DNA of 28,716 nt from Candidatus Limnocylindria bacterium (GTDB taxonomy: Bacteria; Chloroflexota; Limnocylindria; QHBO01): positions 1-28,716 of the forward strand of contig JBPCKH010000118.1 in NCBI GenBank assembly GCA_051004475.1. The letters run 5' to 3'. Both the position numbers and the translations under genes were made by a program. Under the pieces are notes generated by a model that was not told where the DNA came from, did not search any database, and saw nothing but the letters and a program-made list of their open reading frames with translations. This document shows, one piece after another, positions 24,751 to 28,716 of this stretch (positions are counted from its first letter, which is position 1; every line of letters starts with the position of its first letter).

Positions 24751-25340
24751 CGTTCCTCTTTCCAGGGATCGGCGTCGTTGTGATAGCCGTTGCGTTCCCA
24801 GAAGCCCGGATGGTCCTCGGCGCTGAACTCGACGCCGCGCAGCCATTTCGCGCTCTTCCAGAAATAGGGACCGGGAACGATCGCGCGTAACGGGAACCCG
24901 TGCTCGGCACTGAGCGGCTCACCGTCGAAGTTCCAGGCGAGCAGGCAGGTCGGCTGCATGACGGTGGCCAACGGCACGTTTGCGGTGTAGCCCCCCTCTG
25001 CGTGGAAGATGACGAACCGCGCTTTCGGCGTCGGACGAGCTACCTCCGCGATGTGGCTGAACGCGACGCCTTCCCAGCGCGTGTCGAGCTTCGACCACCG
25101 CGTGACGCAGTGGATGTCGAGGGTCTCTTCGGACCGTGGCAACGCCCGGAACTCCGCCCATCGCAGGTTGAATGGCTCTTCAACCTCCCCCGACACGCGG
25201 AAATCCCATCCTGATAGGTCGCCATAGTCGGGGACACGGCCGAACTGGAGGACCGGGAACTTCTCCGTCAGCACTTGGCCCGGTGGCACGCGCGCTGCGA
25301 GCTCCGGCGGAATGTTGCGCTTCTGCCACGGGAACACCAC
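24735..25340 (-). CDS. Sulfite oxidase-like molybdopterin-binding oxidoreductase (YuiH/MsrP-like, cytoplasmic)
   Basis: PPGQ..TEKFPVL, IHCVTRWSK (Mo-ligand Cys), GYTANVPL, HGFPLR, WKSAKWL, GFWERNGYH. No Tat signal visible. Confidence 0.92.
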   Translation of the reverse strand: MVFPWQKRNIPPELAARVPPGQVLTEKFPVLQFGRVPDYGDLSGWDFRVSGEVEEPFNLRWAEFRALPRSEETLDIHCVTRWSKLDTRWEGVAFSHIAEVARPTPKARFVIFHAEGGYTANVPLATVMQPTCLLAWNFDGEPLSAEHGFPLRAIVPGPYFWKSAKWLRGVEFSAEDHPGFWERNGYHNDADPWKEERYSRS

Positions 25341-25406
25341 GGCGCCAGCGTGCCCGATTCGCGCACCGAAATCAAGCCCTTCGCGCGCGCCTAGACTCGA
25401 CCCAGC

Positions 25407-27146
25407 ATGGCGTCATCCGTCTCCAGCCCTTTTGCCGATCTCGCCGCCGCCGCGGAGGCGGTCGGGCGCACGCGCAGCAAGAATGCCAAGCGGGACCTGC
25501 TCGCCGCCTGCCTGCGCGACCTTCCCGCCGAAGACCTGGTCCTCGCCTGCGCCTTCTTCGCGGGCCGTCCGCTGTCCGATCCGACCGCTCGGCTCGGCAT
25601 GGGCTGGGTCCAGCAGGGCGCGGCATTGGCCCGTGCAAGCGGCGCCGATAAGGGGGCGACGCGGATGGCCTACCTGCGCCACTCGGACTTTGGCGATGCC
25701 GCGGCGGACCTGCTGGCCAACGCATCGCCATCCGGCGACACGCTGACCGTGGCCGACGTGGCTGGCGGCTTCGTCGCCATCGCGGCCGCGAACGCCACGG
25801 AGCAGCGCATCGGTCTGTTGGATGGCCTGTTCAGAAGGGCCAGTCCGGCAGAGGCGAGATTCATCGGCAAGGTCTCGTCGCGGGAGACGCGTATCGGCCT
25901 GCGAGAAGGGTTGTTGGAGGAAGCGGTTGCCGCTGCCTTCGATGCCGACCTGCCCGCGGTCCGGCGCGCGCACATGCTGACAGGTGAGATCGGTGAGGCG
26001 GCGATCCTGGCGCGCGACAAGCGTCTGGCGGAGGCTGCGCTGCACCTGGGGCGGCCGATCCGCTTCATGCTCGCCACGCCGGTGGCGGATGCGGCCGAGG
26101 TCATGCGTCGCGTCGGTGACGAGGCGTGGATTGAGGACAAATACGACGGCATCCGCGCCCAGCTGCACGTGGAGGCCGATGGCACCGTTCGCCTCTTCAG
26201 CCGCGACCTCAACGACGTGACCCGGTCCTTTCCCGAGATCGTCGAGGTCGCAGCCGCGTTGAGGCCGGATGCGCCGCTCGTCATCGACGGAGAGCTGGTG
26301 CCATGGCGGCAGGGATCGGTCCTGGACTTCGCCTCGCTGCAGACCCGGCTGGGGCGCGCCCGGCCAAGCGCCGAGCTCCTGAAAGAGGTGCCGGTGGTGC
26401 TCGTTGCGTTCGATCTGCTGCATGCCGGCGGCGAGGACTTGCTGGAGTCAGGGCTGCGCGAGCGGCGGACCCGACTCGAGGCACTCTCGTTGCCGGAGCG
26501 CAGCGGTGAGCGGCTGCTCCTCGCCCACCTGGCAGCGGCGCGGTCCGCCGACGAAGTTGACCGGCACTTCGATGACGCGCGCGGGCGGCGGAACGAGGGG
26601 CTCATGATCAAGGACCCCGATTCCACCTACCAGCCCGGGCGCCGCGGGCTGGGTTGGCTGAAGCTCAAGAAAGCCCTCGCCACGCTCGACTGCGTGGTGG
26701 TTGGCGTCGAATGGGGGCACGGCAAGCGCCGCGGCGTGCTGTCGGACTACACATTTGCGGTGCGCGAGACCGATGAGCCGGACGCGCGACTGCTGACCAT
26801 CGGCAAGGCGTACACCGGCCTGACCGATGCGGAGATCGTCGAGATGACTGCGCGGTTTCAGGCCATCACGCTCCAGGACTTCGGGCGCTACCGGACCGTC
26901 GTGCCGGAGGTGGTGGTCGAGATCGCATTCGATCGGATCATGCGTTCGTCGCGCCATCGGTCCGGCTATGCCATGCGATTCCCGCGCATCGTCCGTTTCC
27001 GCGACGACAAAGCGGCCGCCGAGGTCGACAACATGGCCACGGTAGAGGCGTTGTTCGGGGAGCAGGCGTCGGGCCGCATTCTCCTGGCCACCGGCTCGGG
27101 CGGCGAGACGGAACGCATCGCGGCCATCGGAGAGGCCGAGGGTTGA
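25407..27146 (+). CDS. ATP-dependent DNA ligase (DBD + adenylation + OB; LigB-type)
   Basis: EDKYDGIRAQ (motif I Lys intact), FSR, DGE, FDLL, EGLMIK, YQPGRRG..WLKLK, LDCVVVG.EWG.GKR, RFPRI. Confidence 0.96.
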   Translation: MASSVSSPFADLAAAAEAVGRTRSKNAKRDLLAACLRDLPAEDLVLACAFFAGRPLSDPTARLGMGWVQQGAALARASGADKGATRMAYLRHSDFGDAAADLLANASPSGDTLTVADVAGGFVAIAAANATEQRIGLLDGLFRRASPAEARFIGKVSSRETRIGLREGLLEEAVAAAFDADLPAVRRAHMLTGEIGEAAILARDKRLAEAALHLGRPIRFMLATPVADAAEVMRRVGDEAWIEDKYDGIRAQLHVEADGTVRLFSRDLNDVTRSFPEIVEVAAALRPDAPLVIDGELVPWRQGSVLDFASLQTRLGRARPSAELLKEVPVVLVAFDLLHAGGEDLLESGLRERRTRLEALSLPERSGERLLLAHLAAARSADEVDRHFDDARGRRNEGLMIKDPDSTYQPGRRGLGWLKLKKALATLDCVVVGVEWGHGKRRGVLSDYTFAVRETDEPDARLLTIGKAYTGLTDAEIVEMTARFQAITLQDFGRYRTVVPEVVVEIAFDRIMRSSRHRSGYAMRFPRIVRFRDDKAAAEVDNMATVEALFGEQASGRILLATGSGGETERIAAIGEAEG

Positions 27147-27160
27147 GCTAGCATCGGCGC

Positions 27161-27952
27161 ATGAGCCAGACCGACCTTCCGGAACACGTTGCGAAGAATC
27201 GTGCCTACTGGGACGAGGTCAACGCCCCGCTGTACGCCCCGCACGGTCGGAAGTCGTGGGCCACCGATAAGATCACCTGGGGTGTCTTCGGCGTCCCGGA
27301 GGCGGAGCTCCACGTCCTGCCCGAGGACCTGAGCGGCAAGGATGTCGTGGAGCTCGGCTGCGGCACCGCGTACGTCGCTGCCTGGATGGCCCGCCGCGGC
27401 GCGAACGTCACGGGAATCGACAACTCGGAGGAGCAGCTCAAGACCGCTCGCGCGCTCCAGGACGAGCACGACCTCCACTTCCCGCTCATCCACGGCAATG
27501 CCGAGACGACCGGCCTCCCGGACGAGAGCTTTGACCTGGCGATCAGCGAACACGGCGCCTCGATCTGGGCCGATCCATACCGATGGATCCCGGAGGCCGC
27601 CCGAGTCCTGCGCCCCGGAGGCGAGCTCAGCTTCCTAGTCAACGGCACGCTCTGGGTCCTGACCGTTCCCGAGACCGACGACAAGGGTCCCGCTGCCGAT
27701 CGGCTCCTGCGTCCGTACTTCGGCATGCATCGTTTCGAATGGCCCGGAGAGTCAGGCGTCGAGTTCTACCTTGGCTATGGCGACTGGGTGCGGCTCCTGC
27801 GTGCCAGCGGGTTCGAGGTCGTCGACCTCATCGAGATCCAGGCACCCGAAGGTGCCGAGCAACGCGGTCATCAGCTGGTCGATCCAGAGTGGGCGCGGAA
27901 GTACCCGGCGGAGCAGATCTGGAAGGCGCGCAAGACCGGCCGCGTCGGCTAG
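27161..27952 (+). CDS. Class I SAM-dependent methyltransferase
   Basis: VVELGCGTAY, GIDNS, HGNAE, FDLAISEHGA, RVLRPGG. TAGCAT lies 6 nt before the ATG. Confidence 0.92.
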   Translation: MSQTDLPEHVAKNRAYWDEVNAPLYAPHGRKSWATDKITWGVFGVPEAELHVLPEDLSGKDVVELGCGTAYVAAWMARRGANVTGIDNSEEQLKTARALQDEHDLHFPLIHGNAETTGLPDESFDLAISEHGASIWADPYRWIPEAARVLRPGGELSFLVNGTLWVLTVPETDDKGPAADRLLRPYFGMHRFEWPGESGVEFYLGYGDWVRLLRASGFEVVDLIEIQAPEGAEQRGHQLVDPEWARKYPAEQIWKARKTGRVG

Positions 27953-27962
27953 GATCGGTTCA

Positions 27963-28559
27963 ATGGACGAATTCGGCGGCTTCAGCGCGATCAAACCGGT
28001 CGATGTCGACATGATCACCGATGCCCACCGCATCACGGGCGTCGTGCAGACCCGGTTCGGGCGGGTGACCGACATCCTCAACCAGACGACGGCTGCCCAC
28101 CTGACGGTCGAGCGCGCAACCATCAGCGAGCACGCCGACCCGGGCGCCACGCTGGCAGCACCATCGGCGCTGATCGACGTGGCCTCGATCCTCCTGATGG
28201 CCGCCTCCGGCTTGACCGGATCGTCGAGCCCCGAGATGCGGATCCCAAAACGCGCCGTGAAAGCCCAGTTCGCCCTTCCGCCGCTTCGCGTGACCGGCAC
28301 GATCCATGTACCGATGGGCAGCCGTCCCCTCGACGGCCTGCTCAACGTGACCGACCGATTCCTGGCGATGACCGACGTGACCATCGCGTCCGGCGCCTAT
28401 CCGGAGCTGGGGCGCAGCGCACCTGCCGTCGCGATCTCGCGCGCAAAGGCGCAGATCCTGCTGGTTGCGGACGACGAGCGTCCGGATGAGCTGCTGGCCG
28501 ATGTGCTCGACGAGCGAACGGCGGAGGCCTGGCTTCGGGCCGATGAGCCGCCTGGCTGA
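27963..28559 (+). CDS. Hypothetical protein with an internally duplicated domain (DUF6812-like)
   Basis: Repeat 1 HRITGVVQTRFGRVTDILNQ...LTVERATI; repeat 2 LRVTGTIHVPMGSRPLDGLLN...LAMTDVTI. TAGGAT lies 7 nt before ATG 27963. Confidence 0.7.
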   Translation: MDEFGGFSAIKPVDVDMITDAHRITGVVQTRFGRVTDILNQTTAAHLTVERATISEHADPGATLAAPSALIDVASILLMAASGLTGSSSPEMRIPKRAVKAQFALPPLRVTGTIHVPMGSRPLDGLLNVTDRFLAMTDVTIASGAYPELGRSAPAVAISRAKAQILLVADDERPDELLADVLDERTAEAWLRADEPPG

Positions 28560-28716
28560 TCCACGCCGGCGTTCCTGCCACTCGTGAATCACGTTAGATC
28601 CCATAGGCTGTTGTCAAGACTGTCGGCCCCCGCTGGGATCGAAGTCGCCTCCCGAACGCCAGACGCCCCACACGATAGCGAGCGCCTTGCGCATGCAGTG
28701 ACCCAACGCGTTCATC

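Noticed and set aside
28560-28716. Riboswitch or ncRNA at the window end
   Set aside because: No recognisable aptamer. Only a CGTGAATCACG palindrome and a TAGGCT -10-like hexamer are present, and the downstream gene lies outside the window.

Overview
High-GC bacterial chromosomal window, gene-dense and mostly housekeeping or stress-related. Gene content suggests a monoderm lineage, Chloroflexota- or Actinomycetota-like, which is an inference only. In order it contains: a DEAD-box helicase; a ligase-like ORF whose catalytic motifs are all substituted; a probable glucosylglycerate (compatible solute) cluster made of a Ggs/MgS-like glycosyltransferase, a tandem-USP domain and GpgS in one frame split by a single TAG, and glycerate kinase; an endonuclease III-family glycosylase; tRNA-Thr(CGT); an FMN alpha-hydroxy acid oxidase; an LCP protein; a lipoprotein; rplY; a decayed S41 peptidase remnant; an OmpR-type two-component system plus htrA; a minus-strand run of galU, pknB-like kinase, trxA, a Cys-rich two-CW-like protein, folC, folP and folB; two coupled small hypothetical genes (one a 59-aa zinc ribbon missing from the ORF track); tRNA-Glu(TTC); a membrane protein; a KGG stress protein; a Mo-cofactor oxidoreductase; an intact ATP-dependent DNA ligase; a SAM methyltransferase; and a tandem DUF6812-like protein. 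No CRISPR array, integrase or transposase was seen. The most notable signals are the amber-split USP-GpgS fusion inside a possible two-route glucosylglycerate cluster, the intact but apparently catalytically dead ligase domain, and REP/REPIN-like palindromic elements in several intergenic gaps, including a nested ~175-nt inverted repeat next to tRNA-Glu. All family assignments are from motif recognition by eye; no database searches were run.
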